A stretch of DNA of 40,920 nucleotides from a virus (lineage: Duplodnaviria > Caudoviricetes): IMG/VR virus record IMGVR_UViG_3300049208_000013, positions 1 through 40,920 of that record; one strand, given 5' to 3'. A program made the position numbers and the translations under genes. The notes under the pieces were generated by a model. It ran no database searches. It was given only the letters and a program-made list of their open reading frames with translations, and was not told the origin of the DNA. Numbering within the stretch: position 1 is the first letter of the stretch; the number at the start of each line of letters is the position of its first letter. Of the stretch, positions 1 through 7,969 are shown in pieces.

Positions 1-127
1 TATAAAAAACATGAAGATTTATATAAGCGACTTGAAGCAAAAAACGAATTATTTATAAATGAACTAAGAAGCTCAAACGAACAATTAACAAATGTTTGCA
101 ACTCTTACAATCAGTTTGTTAATAAAA
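1..127. repeat. Terminal direct repeat copy 1 (assembly overlap)
   Basis: Identical to 40794-40920; lies inside an ORF that reads through the junction. Confidence 0.95.
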
Positions 128-168
128 TGGATAAGATGATTGATTTATTAGTGGAATCAAAAAAATAA
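1..168 (+). CDS. 3' part of single-TM coiled-coil (holin/antiholin-like) protein that starts at 40683
   Basis: Frame continues across the overlap: ...YKKHEDLYKRLEAKNELFINELRSSNEQLTNVCNSYNQFVNKMDKMIDLLVESKK, TAA at 166-168. Confidence 0.8.
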   Translation, partial: YKKHEDLYKRLEAKNELFINELRSSNEQLTNVCNSYNQFVNKMDKMIDLLVESKK

Positions 169-172
169 GGCT

Positions 173-379
173 ATGTGTACTTTAGTAATTACAGAACCGG
201 ACAATAAAGAACTTGAATGTAGGCGAATTATAATGCAGTCAATTGATAATGCGCTAAAACGAGGTGATGAAGTTTTTGAAAAACTTACACGAAAAACCGT
301 TGATAATGATTCGATTGGAAATTATAAGAGATTCAAAGACGAATTAAAAAACATAAACCACGAAAACCTAAAGAAATGA
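173..379 (+). CDS. Hypothetical protein in lysis region
   Basis: 68-aa ORF, ATGA overlap with the endolysin. Confidence 0.7.
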   Translation: MCTLVITEPDNKELECRRIIMQSIDNALKRGDEVFEKLTRKTVDNDSIGNYKRFKDELKNINHENLKK

Positions 380-873
380 AATTAGATTCAAACGGATACA
401 AGGCTTTACATGAACGAGAAGGATTGCGTTTAAAGCCATATTTAGACACAAGAGGCATTCCCACTATAGCAATGGGGAATACTTATTATTTAGACGGTAG
501 TAAAGTTAAAATGACTGATAAGCCATTAACCATTCAACAAGCAAATGAGTTGGCAAAAGTTGTAGCAGATGATTTCGCTAAGTTTGTAGATTCAAAGATA
601 ACATCGACTGTTACTCAAAATCAATTTAACGCACTAGTTTCTATTGCGTACAATATTGGTAAAACAGGTTTCGCAAACTCTACATTATTACGATATGTAA
701 ATATAGATCCAAATCAAATACTGATTGCTGATGCATTTGCTATGTGGAGAAAAAACACGGAATTGTACGGTCGTAGAATATCAGAAATTAAGCAATATTT
801 TGATTACTCGTTTACAACGGCTAAAATGCAATATATCGACAGTATAATTAAACTAAAACTTACATTAAAATGA
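376..873 (+). CDS. Endolysin, GH24 phage lysozyme
   Basis: E-x8-D-x5-T catalytic triad in REGLRLKPYLDTRGIPT; QNQFNALVSIAYNIG and GRRISE motifs. Confidence 0.95.
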   Translation: MKLDSNGYKALHEREGLRLKPYLDTRGIPTIAMGNTYYLDGSKVKMTDKPLTIQQANELAKVVADDFAKFVDSKITSTVTQNQFNALVSIAYNIGKTGFANSTLLRYVNIDPNQILIADAFAMWRKNTELYGRRISEIKQYFDYSFTTAKMQYIDSIIKLKLTLK

Positions 874-1022
874 AAAAACTAATAGCATATCCGGCAACCT
901 GGATTTTGTACGGAGTTGGTTCATTCATTTGGAACGAATTTAAAAGTATGCATTACGCTATTTTCTGGGTTTGGTCATACAAAGTTCAGGAGTGGGGAAA
1001 ATTAACTAAACCGTGGATATAA
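870..1022 (+). CDS. Small Trp-rich hydrophobic protein, 50 aa (not in ORF track)
   Basis: MKKLIAYPATWILYGVGSFIW...KPWI; ATGA overlap upstream and TAATG overlap downstream. Confidence 0.65.
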   Translation: MKKLIAYPATWILYGVGSFIWNEFKSMHYAIFWVWSYKVQEWGKLTKPWI

Positions 1023-1591
1023 TGAAAGACTTTATAAAATCAAATTGGGCATGGATTGGCTTATGTATCGTGTTTTTATCTGGCTGGATTTCTACCTGCT
1101 CAAACAACAATGTAACGAAACAAGATACGCCAACATACAAAACAGTAACTACTAAAAAAGAAGTCGTTGAGTCATTAAAAGTTCCTGATACAATCGTTAA
1201 AAAGTTTACTGAAATAAAAACAGTTACTCGATATGTTGATAGAATTAAAATAGATACAATAGAGATTCGTTACAAAGACACGATTCCATGCGTTTTTGAG
1301 CGTTCAGGAGCGATAAACGAAAAAGAATATAGTCTAACATACCAAACTAATCAAAACGGCTTAAAATTGTACAATATGCAAATTGAAGATTCTTTGCTGA
1401 TTGTCACCGGAACTAAGCGTAAATGTTTTTTAGGGAAAGAAACAAACACTATTGATATTTCGCATACTAATAAATACATTTCATCTGATCAGGTTCAACA
1501 CATTGAAGTAGTTCATAAAAAAAAGTTTTACGATACTACATTGTTTAAATGCGGTGTTGGTTTTATTTTAGGTGTTGCGGTAACGAAATAA
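1022..1591 (+). CDS. Putative spanin (unimolecular-type architecture)
   Basis: ATG at 1022; N-terminal hydrophobic stretch ending in Cys (ISTC), beta-rich middle, C-terminal hydrophobic segment; follows the endolysin. Confidence 0.55.
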   Translation: MKDFIKSNWAWIGLCIVFLSGWISTCSNNNVTKQDTPTYKTVTTKKEVVESLKVPDTIVKKFTEIKTVTRYVDRIKIDTIEIRYKDTIPCVFERSGAINEKEYSLTYQTNQNGLKLYNMQIEDSLLIVTGTKRKCFLGKETNTIDISHTNKYISSDQVQHIEVVHKKKFYDTTLFKCGVGFILGVAVTK

Positions 1592-1595
1592 TTAT

Positions 1596-1603
1596 TATCT
1601 TTA
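1596..1603 (+). promoter_or_regulatory. Putative Bacteroidota -7 promoter element (TATCTTTA variant)
   Basis: One mismatch to TAnnTTTG; TTG at 1575-1577 upstream; precedes a non-coding hairpin array. Confidence 0.45.
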
Positions 1604-1608
1604 CATTA

Positions 1609-1760
1609 TAGATTTATCCATTTTTGTTGCCCTAATTACTGTGACTAATTAGGTTTTATTTTTCATAATTATAATTTTTAGGATTTGGCGGGGTGGTTTC
1701 CGCATTTTGTTTTTGGTATTATTATTAAAACCGCTTCTTAATTGGAGCGGTTTTAATTTT
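1609..1760 (+). ncRNA. Putative three-hairpin small RNA
   Basis: Hairpins at 1631-1653, 1688-1703 and 1724-1757 (terminator-like) separated by T-rich linkers; no credible ORF on either strand. Confidence 0.5.
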
Positions 1761-1762
1761 TT
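1724..1762 (+). terminator. Intrinsic terminator
   Basis: ATTAAAACCGCTTC-loop-GGAGCGGTTTTAAT followed by a T run. Confidence 0.8.
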
Positions 1763-1784
1763 ATAAAATTTAACACTTTTGCTA

Positions 1785-1814
1785 TTGTGTATTTAAATAT
1801 ATCTTGTATATTTG
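1785..1814 (+). promoter_or_regulatory. Bacteroidota sigma-A-type promoter for the early region
   Basis: TTG (1785-1787), 19 nt, then TATATTTG (1807-1814). Confidence 0.75.
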
Positions 1815-1836
1815 CAATACATAAAACATATAAGAT

Positions 1837-1980
1837 ATGAAAGCAAAACAAATTCACTTAGATGAAAAAGTCATCGAGATTCTGGCAATTAAAGCCGTGA
1901 AAGAAAAAACTACCTTCAAAGAGTTGGTTCAAAAAATACTAACCGATAAAGCAAAAGAATGCGAAAGCGAACTCCGTTAA
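1837..1980 (+). CDS. Ribbon-helix-helix (Arc/CopG-like) DNA-binding protein, 47 aa (not in ORF track)
   Basis: MKAKQIHLDEKVIEILAIKAVKEKTTFKELVQKIL matches the RHH strand-helix-helix pattern; first gene after the promoter. Confidence 0.7.
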   Translation: MKAKQIHLDEKVIEILAIKAVKEKTTFKELVQKILTDKAKECESELR

Positions 1981-2384
1981 TAGTATGCGTGTATAAAATA
2001 ACCAGTCCTAGTGGCGGTGTTTATATCGGGTCTACTAAATCAGTTAATAAAAGATATACTAAACATAAAATAGGAAGTAGTAATAAATTATTAAGAGAAT
2101 CTGTAGAAAAATATGGATGGGATGCTCACATAAAAGAAATTATTGTTGAGTGTGAAGAAGAAGACATGAAAATTATCGAAAGAGCTTACATCGCAGAACA
2201 CCTACAAAACACTGTTCTTTTTAATGTTTATGGAAAAGAGAAAACAAGTAAATATAATGGTGTTTATTGGGATAAAAGAAACAAAAAATGGATAGCTTAT
2301 ATTTATGCAAAAAGAAAACGTGTAGGGTGTTTTGTAGACGAATACGATGCGCATTTAGCACGTGAAAAAGAACTAAAAAATTAA
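1959..2384 (+). CDS. GIY-YIG homing endonuclease with C-terminal AP2-like domain
   Basis: VYKITSPSGGVYIGS...R...H, E and FN motifs; SKYNGVYWDKRNKKWIAYI is AP2-like. Confidence 0.85.
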   Translation: MRKRTPLIVCVYKITSPSGGVYIGSTKSVNKRYTKHKIGSSNKLLRESVEKYGWDAHIKEIIVECEEEDMKIIERAYIAEHLQNTVLFNVYGKEKTSKYNGVYWDKRNKKWIAYIYAKRKRVGCFVDEYDAHLAREKELKN

Positions 2385-2407
2385 CAACCAAAAAACAAAG
2401 TGATATT

Positions 2408-2551
2408 ATGAAAACAGAAATTTATTTATTAGTAGATTGTGACGGAGAAGTAGTTTGTGCTTTTTCTGATAAAGAGAAGGCTATTAAAGAATCTAAAGAA
2501 TGTGGCGTAGATGTTGAAACTACTATTCTTTATAATGATGAAACACCATGA
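2408..2551 (+). CDS. Hypothetical protein, 47 aa (not in ORF track)
   Basis: MKTEIYLLVDCDGEVVCAFSDKEKA...; ATGA overlap with the next gene. Confidence 0.6.
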   Translation: MKTEIYLLVDCDGEVVCAFSDKEKAIKESKECGVDVETTILYNDETP

Positions 2552-2772
2552 AAAACATAGCCGTTATAACAGAAAATTACCGAAATTTTAACCAATACGC
2601 ATTGGAGCAAAGATATTCCGGAAACGATCAAAACTTCATACAAGTGCAAACTATTGAAGATGTATTAAATAACCAATTCAACGACTACGTGAATAAAAGC
2701 AATTCGGTAAAGATGCCGAATGTGAATGCTATCATAAAGGCGGTGGAGAATAATATTTCAAATAATAACTGA
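2548..2772 (+). CDS. Hypothetical protein
   Basis: ORF in a tightly packed operon. Confidence 0.65.
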   Translation: MKNIAVITENYRNFNQYALEQRYSGNDQNFIQVQTIEDVLNNQFNDYVNKSNSVKMPNVNAIIKAVENNISNNN

Positions 2773-2773
2773 T

Positions 2774-3073
2774 ATGAAACTAAAAATATTAAAAAATGAG
2801 CATTACATTGATATAGTTAATGAATGCGATTTTCAAGATGGATCAACTGCTTTTACGGCTTCATGTTTCTTGAATAAAAATATAGAAGGAGAGTTTAAAG
2901 ATTTTTCACTTACAGAAGAAAATGAATCTATTGCGAAAGTATTATTGTGTTCTTTTGAAATGCTAGAATTATTAAAAGAGTTAGTAAGAGTATTTGAAAC
3001 AGAATGCACAGACAGTATGCAATCTGACGCTATTTATTATAGCAAACAGTTGATAAAAAAAGCAACAGAATGA
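2774..3073 (+). CDS. Hypothetical phage protein
   Basis: C-terminal EMLELLKEL...KQLIKKATE pattern common in small phage proteins. Confidence 0.7.
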   Translation: MKLKILKNEHYIDIVNECDFQDGSTAFTASCFLNKNIEGEFKDFSLTEENESIAKVLLCSFEMLELLKELVRVFETECTDSMQSDAIYYSKQLIKKATE

Positions 3074-3303
3074 ACCAAGAAATATTCACCCACTACGGAA
3101 ACCGATTAAGGACGAAATCAAAGCGAGTGTACAGAAAGTCGTTAAAAGCTATTGTAAAGTCGAAGTACGCAACTATAGCAACAATCCAAACAACAACACA
3201 CTACGCAAAAGAAATACGCTTACAGGCAAAAGTGTTTAAAAACAATATTGTTACTAACCAAATAAATAAATATGATTATGAAAAAAGATTTTACAATAAC
3301 TAA
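3070..3303 (+). CDS. Hypothetical basic protein
   Basis: ATGA overlap with the previous gene. Confidence 0.55.
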   Translation: MNQEIFTHYGNRLRTKSKRVYRKSLKAIVKSKYATIATIQTTTHYAKEIRLQAKVFKNNIVTNQINKYDYEKRFYNN

Positions 3304-3520
3304 GGAACAAATAATTACACTTAATACTGATGGAAACAGGGATGTTAGGGAGTGTTTAAATAAATGGTTTCCTGATGCTTTTAATTTTCAATTAGAAAAA
3401 AACGGACATTTTATTTATGACGGGGTTACTATTTTTGGCAAAGGTAAATGGGCAGAAATAATCCCAACAAAAACCAGATTAGAAGCCGAAAAAGAGCTTA
3501 ACTGCAAAATAATCGACTAA
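3272..3520 (+). CDS. Hypothetical protein
   Basis: ORF with C-terminal TRLEAEKELNCKII pattern. Confidence 0.65.
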   Translation: MIMKKDFTITKEQIITLNTDGNRDVRECLNKWFPDAFNFQLEKNGHFIYDGVTIFGKGKWAEIIPTKTRLEAEKELNCKIID

Positions 3521-3685
3521 TGGAAATAAAGCTATACACTAGATTTCTGCTATGGAAAATAACCAAGTCAGAGAAAGCAATTAAAAAATTAACCGAAGAT
3601 GGATGCCGGCATATAAAAACAAAGTACTTTTTCTTATACCGAATAGATTCATTCAGTAAAATAATTTAAACCCTAAAAATTAATT

Positions 3686-4312
3686 ATGAGTAATTTACCA
3701 AAGATTCAGGAGTTATATTCCGACAAATTAACCACTCAGAAAAACGATGCCTTTGTCGCTTTGATGAATCAGCAACCAAAACAAGCTTGGATAAAAGTTC
3801 ACCCATTTATCAAAAATTACAAATATTTGCCTATTGAACGTGTTGAGTTTCTTTTAAAAACTATATTCAAAAGATACAGAATTGAAATTACAGGTCAAGG
3901 TACTTCTTTCAATGGGGTTTGGGTAACGGTTCGTGTGCATTATTTACACCCATTAACAGGAGATTGGGATTTTCACGATGGTATTGGCGCAAGTCAATTA
4001 CAAACAAAAAAAGACACTTCTGTAACCGACATGATAAACATCAATAACGGAGCTATTTCAATGGCTTTTCCAATGGCAAAAACAATCGCTATAAAAGACG
4101 CTTGCGACCACTTTGGAAACTTGTTTGGTGCCGACTTAAACCGTAAGGATGTAATTACTTATGATGTTGATTTAACTTTACAGGATTTAACGCCAACGCA
4201 CCCAAACTGGTTTAAAGCAAAAGAATCACTTAAAAACGGAATCGTAACAATTGAGCAAATTAAAAAATCATATACAATAAGTCCAGAAGATGAAATCAAT
4301 ATTCAAAAGTAG
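3686..4312 (+). CDS. Single-strand annealing recombinase, Sak/Rad52-like
   Basis: YLPIERVEFLL, VWVTVRVH, DGIGA, AKTIAIKDA...FGNLFGADLN; adjacent to exonuclease and SSB. Confidence 0.75.
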   Translation: MSNLPKIQELYSDKLTTQKNDAFVALMNQQPKQAWIKVHPFIKNYKYLPIERVEFLLKTIFKRYRIEITGQGTSFNGVWVTVRVHYLHPLTGDWDFHDGIGASQLQTKKDTSVTDMININNGAISMAFPMAKTIAIKDACDHFGNLFGADLNRKDVITYDVDLTLQDLTPTHPNWFKAKESLKNGIVTIEQIKKSYTISPEDEINIQK

Positions 4313-4898
4313 AGCAAGCGGATCAGGCGCGGTTATGACCAACCCACGAAACAAATCTGAATCAATATCTGAAACAACAAAAACATTTGTTTACGATTGG
4401 ATAAAAGAATCGATTTACGGTGTTAAAAAACAGATTAAGACCAAATATACTGACAAAGGATTAATGTATGAAAATACGGCAATTGACAAAGCGATAGAGT
4501 GGCTAGATTTGCAATTCATTTTAAAGAATGAAAGTTTCTTTGAAGATGATTATTTTACAGGGACGCCTGATTTAATTTCAGAAGATAGAATTTACGATAT
4601 AAAATGTTCTTGGGATTGTTTTACGTTCCCGTTATTTGAAACGGAAATACCAACAAAGGATTATTTTTATCAACTGCAGGTTTACATGCATTTGACAGGA
4701 AGAAAAAACGCAACACTTGTTTATGTGCTTTTAAACACTCCTGAAGAAATGCATTGGGAGCCACAACACAATTACGATGCATTAGACAAAAAATACAGAA
4801 TTAAAACTTTTGATATTGTTTACGATGAATCCGTTATTGAAGATTTACAAAATAGAGTAATTAAAATTAGAGAATTTATACAAACACTTAAATATTAA
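4290..4898 (+). CDS. YqaJ/lambda-exonuclease-like PD-(D/E)XK nuclease
   Basis: RAS, KG..YE, GTPD, DIKCSW and YFYQLQVYM motifs. Confidence 0.88.
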   Translation: MKSIFKSRASGSGAVMTNPRNKSESISETTKTFVYDWIKESIYGVKKQIKTKYTDKGLMYENTAIDKAIEWLDLQFILKNESFFEDDYFTGTPDLISEDRIYDIKCSWDCFTFPLFETEIPTKDYFYQLQVYMHLTGRKNATLVYVLLNTPEEMHWEPQHNYDALDKKYRIKTFDIVYDESVIEDLQNRVIKIREFIQTLKY

Positions 4899-4901
4899 AT
4901 T

Positions 4902-5213
4902 ATGGGATCATTATCGACTATTTACATAAAAAGAGAAACACTAAAAACTCTTTTAGATGTAATAAGCAAAAAAGATGAAAAAGGAATCGAAATCACTATT
5001 TCGACTAACGAAGATTCGAACCAATTCGGACAAAATGTGAGTTCTTACGTTTCTCAAACTAAAGAGCAACGAGAAGCGAAAAAAGATAAATTCTATGTTG
5101 GTAACGGTAAAGTATTTTGGACTGACGGAAAAGTTTCTTTAGGTGTTAAAAAAGAAGAAACACACCAGGCAACTCCTATAACGGAAGATGATAACTCAGA
5201 TTTACCCTTTTAG
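4902..5213 (+). CDS. Putative single-stranded DNA-binding protein
   Basis: Acidic tail EDDNSDLPF; YVGNGK motif; follows the recombinase-exonuclease pair. Confidence 0.7.
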   Translation: MGSLSTIYIKRETLKTLLDVISKKDEKGIEITISTNEDSNQFGQNVSSYVSQTKEQREAKKDKFYVGNGKVFWTDGKVSLGVKKEETHQATPITEDDNSDLPF

Positions 5214-5270
5214 CCATGACCCCCAACCCAAACAACATCGAAGTAATAGACCCTGAAATAGTAGAGGTAG

Positions 5271-5495
5271 ATGGAACCAACGGATAGAACAATGATGCAG
5301 ATAGCGGAAAGTTGTGGCGTAATGTATAATCAGGTTTTAATGGTTGTTAAAAAAGAGCGTATAATAGGTAAATTACGCATCGAAAACAATAAAAAGTACT
5401 TTACTATACACCAACAAGATTTAATCTATAGAGTTCTTTATTTTGAGGGTAAAACGGATTGTTTTATTATTCCTAGTAAGTTAAACACAATGTAA
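5271..5495 (+). CDS. Hypothetical protein, possible HTH
   Basis: TMMQIAESCGVMYNQVLMVV resembles a helix-turn-helix. Confidence 0.55.
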   Translation: MEPTDRTMMQIAESCGVMYNQVLMVVKKERIIGKLRIENNKKYFTIHQQDLIYRVLYFEGKTDCFIIPSKLNTM

Positions 5496-5500
5496 AACAT

Positions 5501-5527
5501 AAAAGCCGATTCACTTCGGCTTTTTTT
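5501..5527 (+). terminator. Intrinsic terminator
   Basis: AAAAGCCGA-TTCACT-TCGGCTTTTTTT. Confidence 0.85.
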
Positions 5528-5542
5528 AGTTTATATCGGAAA

Positions 5543-5604
5543 TGTTAAAGTTTGAAATATAATTAATAAAAGCGTTATTTATTTAAAATATAGTTGTAGA
5601 TTTG
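5543..5604 (+). promoter_or_regulatory. Promoter with 25-bp repeat (copy 1)
   Basis: TGTTAAAGTTT, then TTAATAAAAGCGTTATTTATTTAAA (5563-5587), then TAGATTTG (5597-5604). Confidence 0.75.
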
Positions 5605-5634
5605 TTGAAGTATTAACCGCTAAAAATATTTATT

Positions 5635-5925
5635 ATGAATGACTTTTATTTATTGCCAGTAGCATTGTTTTGCATTTTTATTTTGATTTTATTATTAAAA
5701 AATGTAAAGCCTATGCCAGAAGGAGAACTTGAAAATATAATTAAAGATTTTCACGAAAAAGAAAAAACATTAAACCAAATGAATTTTCTTATTTCAGAAG
5801 TTGGCAGAATATCGAAAGAAAAAACCAAAGCGATAAAGGCAAGTGATTGGGATCATCTTAAAAAGCTACATGAAGAAGAGGATAAAAATAGAATTACGTT
5901 TGATTATTTATCTAATAAGAACTAA
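5635..5925 (+). CDS. Hypothetical membrane-anchored coiled-coil protein
   Basis: N-terminal TM segment LLPVALFCIFILILLL. Confidence 0.7.
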   Translation: MNDFYLLPVALFCIFILILLLKNVKPMPEGELENIIKDFHEKEKTLNQMNFLISEVGRISKEKTKAIKASDWDHLKKLHEEEDKNRITFDYLSNKN

Positions 5926-5929
5926 GTTA

Positions 5930-6235
5930 ATGAAATTCACACCACCAAAACAATTAAGTCCTTTTTATAAATGCAAAAGGATTCCGCGTAAACTAAAAAA
6001 GAAATACAAGGTAGTTTTAAATAAATATCCATTCTTAACAGTTAACGAAAAACTTTGGTATTTATTGGGTTATACCAATCCAAAATATAAACAGTTTTTA
6101 ATTGATGAAATTATATGGCAAAGCGAATTAAACAAAGCCATTGATTTATTCCAAAACAAATTATCTGAAACTGTAAAATACTTACTTAAAGAAGAACAAA
6201 AACAATTTATTTTATTATTAAAAAGCCTAAAATGA
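5930..6235 (+). CDS. Hypothetical protein (start moved to ATG 5930)
   Basis: MKFTPPKQL...RIPRKLKKKYK; this start avoids overlap with the previous gene. Confidence 0.6.
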   Translation: MKFTPPKQLSPFYKCKRIPRKLKKKYKVVLNKYPFLTVNEKLWYLLGYTNPKYKQFLIDEIIWQSELNKAIDLFQNKLSETVKYLLKEEQKQFILLLKSLK

Positions 6236-6395
6236 AATACCGAGCAAAAGATTATGTAATAATACCTAATAGAGTAGGTTATAAAATACAAAAAAAATGG
6301 TTTATATTTTGGATAGACTATAGAAGATTCGATAAAAGAAGTTACAGAGATTCATTCTTAAAAGGACTTCAAAACTGATAACACAAAATAACAAA

Positions 6396-6563
6396 ATGAA
6401 AAAAGAATCAACTTACAGAAACGCAGGAAGAAACCCAATTCCGAACCCGATTAGAAAAAACTTTTTAATCCCCATGAGCCGAGAAAAAGAAGTAATGGAT
6501 TTTATTCGTAACGTTCAAAATGAGGAGATAGAGAAAGAAAAAAATAAAAGTGTTAAAGTTTAA
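6396..6563 (+). CDS. Small putative DNA-binding protein, 55 aa (not in ORF track)
   Basis: RNAGRNP motif followed by a strand-helix pattern (IRKNFLIPMSREKEVMDFIR). Confidence 0.55.
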   Translation: MKKESTYRNAGRNPIPNPIRKNFLIPMSREKEVMDFIRNVQNEEIEKEKNKSVKV

Positions 6564-6601
6564 TAAAAGCGTTATTTATTTAAATATGTTTTATATCTTT
6601 G
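6551..6601 (+). promoter_or_regulatory. Promoter with 25-bp repeat (copy 2)
   Basis: TGTTAAAGTTT; same 25-mer at 6560-6584; TATCTTTG at 6594-6601 with the same spacing as copy 1. Confidence 0.75.
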
Positions 6602-6621
6602 ACAAACAAATAACAAACATC

Positions 6622-6903
6622 ATGTACAACAAATCAATTATTTTCAAAAGCGCCCACGCAATATTTAAAATGCAAAACATAACTTTTTCTGAGGCCTTGA
6701 CGTTGGCATGGGAAAAAGTAAAACAAGGCGTTAAAGCTATTGTAATGAAGTGTAATAGACTGGTAAAAAGCATCGGGTTAGGATACGAAACGGTTTGCTT
6801 TAATGAATTGGTTTTTACGCATATTGTAACGCCACAAACAACACAAGTCTATAACTCGGCTATTGAAAAATGGTATGACGGTAAAACTTTTAACAACGAT
6901 TAA
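6622..6903 (+). CDS. Hypothetical protein (start moved to ATG 6622)
   Basis: MYNKSIIFKSAH...FSEALTLAW; this start lies downstream of the promoter. Confidence 0.7.
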   Translation: MYNKSIIFKSAHAIFKMQNITFSEALTLAWEKVKQGVKAIVMKCNRLVKSIGLGYETVCFNELVFTHIVTPQTTQVYNSAIEKWYDGKTFNND

Positions 6904-7092
6904 TTAACCACTTAAAAATAAAACAAAATGGATGCAAAAGAAAAGTTATTTAAAACAATGGACAGAATAGAGGAATTAAAAAAGATTCCTGCTATTTTCA
7001 TGTCGGAAAAAGAAGAATTAGAACTTCGTAATTTAGAAGTATTGAAAATGCAGTATTATTCAGATTGGAAAGATTAACCACTTAAAAATAAA
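6903..7092 (+). repeat. 20-bp direct repeat flanking a small ORF
   Basis: ATTAACCACTTAAAAATAAA at 6903-6922 and 7073-7092. Confidence 0.9.
6928..7077 (+). CDS. Hypothetical protein, 49 aa (not in ORF track)
   Basis: MDAKEKLFKTMDRIEELKK...SDWKD; lies between the repeats. Confidence 0.65.
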   Translation: MDAKEKLFKTMDRIEELKKIPAIFMSEKEELELRNLEVLKMQYYSDWKD

Positions 7093-7096
7093 TATT

Positions 7097-7339
7097 ATGG
7101 GAATGTATGATTACGGACAAAGAGGAACTTATTTGAATGGATTTTTTACATATATAGCAAATAACAGACCTGATTTATCTTTACAAAAGTATGGAGATTT
7201 AAATGAACACCTAAAAGCTATTCGATTAAAAAAAGAACCAAAAAAACCAGTTTCTGAAAATGTAGAAAAAAATGCATTTTATATTCAAGAAAAATACGAT
7301 TGGAAATTAGATGTTGTTGAATATTTTAAAAATTTATAA
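7097..7339 (+). CDS. Hypothetical protein
   Basis: ORF with A-rich start region. Confidence 0.7.
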   Translation: MGMYDYGQRGTYLNGFFTYIANNRPDLSLQKYGDLNEHLKAIRLKKEPKKPVSENVEKNAFYIQEKYDWKLDVVEYFKNL

Positions 7340-7341
7340 CC

Positions 7342-7551
7342 ATGCAAGAACAGAAAAAATACCACCAGAGAAAATTGGCAATTATTGAAATGATTGAGGA
7401 AGTAGACAGAAGAATATCTAATGAAAAATCACACATGGATAAATTAGGGGGATGGAGAGTTGCGCAAGTAGCAATGAATAATTCTCTAAACAATATAAGC
7501 CGATTAAATAGAATTGGTGCGTATCTAACAGGTCGTTACTATAAACAATAA
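7342..7551 (+). CDS. Hypothetical protein
   Basis: ORF in operon. Confidence 0.65.
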   Translation: MQEQKKYHQRKLAIIEMIEEVDRRISNEKSHMDKLGGWRVAQVAMNNSLNNISRLNRIGAYLTGRYYKQ

Positions 7552-7592
7552 ACAACCAAAACAACAGAAATTAAATCACTAAAAATAGAATT

Positions 7593-7760
7593 ATGAAACG
7601 AACCATTAAAGGTTTTAGACTGAATAAAAACGGCAAACCAATACTAAAAGAGGAAGGAGATATTACACTTGATAATTACCAAGGCGTGACCTATAAACAC
7701 AATGGAGAATATTTTTATTATTCGGGTACTTATCAAGGGAAATTTATTTATAAAACTTAA
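7593..7760 (+). CDS. Hypothetical protein, 55 aa (not in ORF track)
   Basis: MKRTIKGFRLNKNGKPIL...; AAAATAGAATTATG start context. Confidence 0.55.
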   Translation: MKRTIKGFRLNKNGKPILKEEGDITLDNYQGVTYKHNGEYFYYSGTYQGKFIYKT

Positions 7761-7969
7761 ATATAGAATTATGAAAAAGTACATGTATTTACTTCCTGTT
7801 TTTATAGTGAACTTAATAATTAAAAAAGACGGTTTAATTCTTAAAATAAATAAAAAATGAAAAACACCCAACAAATATTCGCAAACCTCAACACCCGACT
7901 TAAAAAACGATTGTTTCCGGAACCGACAAATAGAGAAGTGTTAAAATGTATAACTAAAAAATATGGTTT

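Noticed and set aside
1609-1760. Mini-CRISPR array or tRNA in the hairpin region
   Set aside because: The hairpins differ in sequence, so there are no direct repeats, and there is no cloverleaf or T-loop motif. No tRNA or CRISPR array was seen elsewhere by eye.
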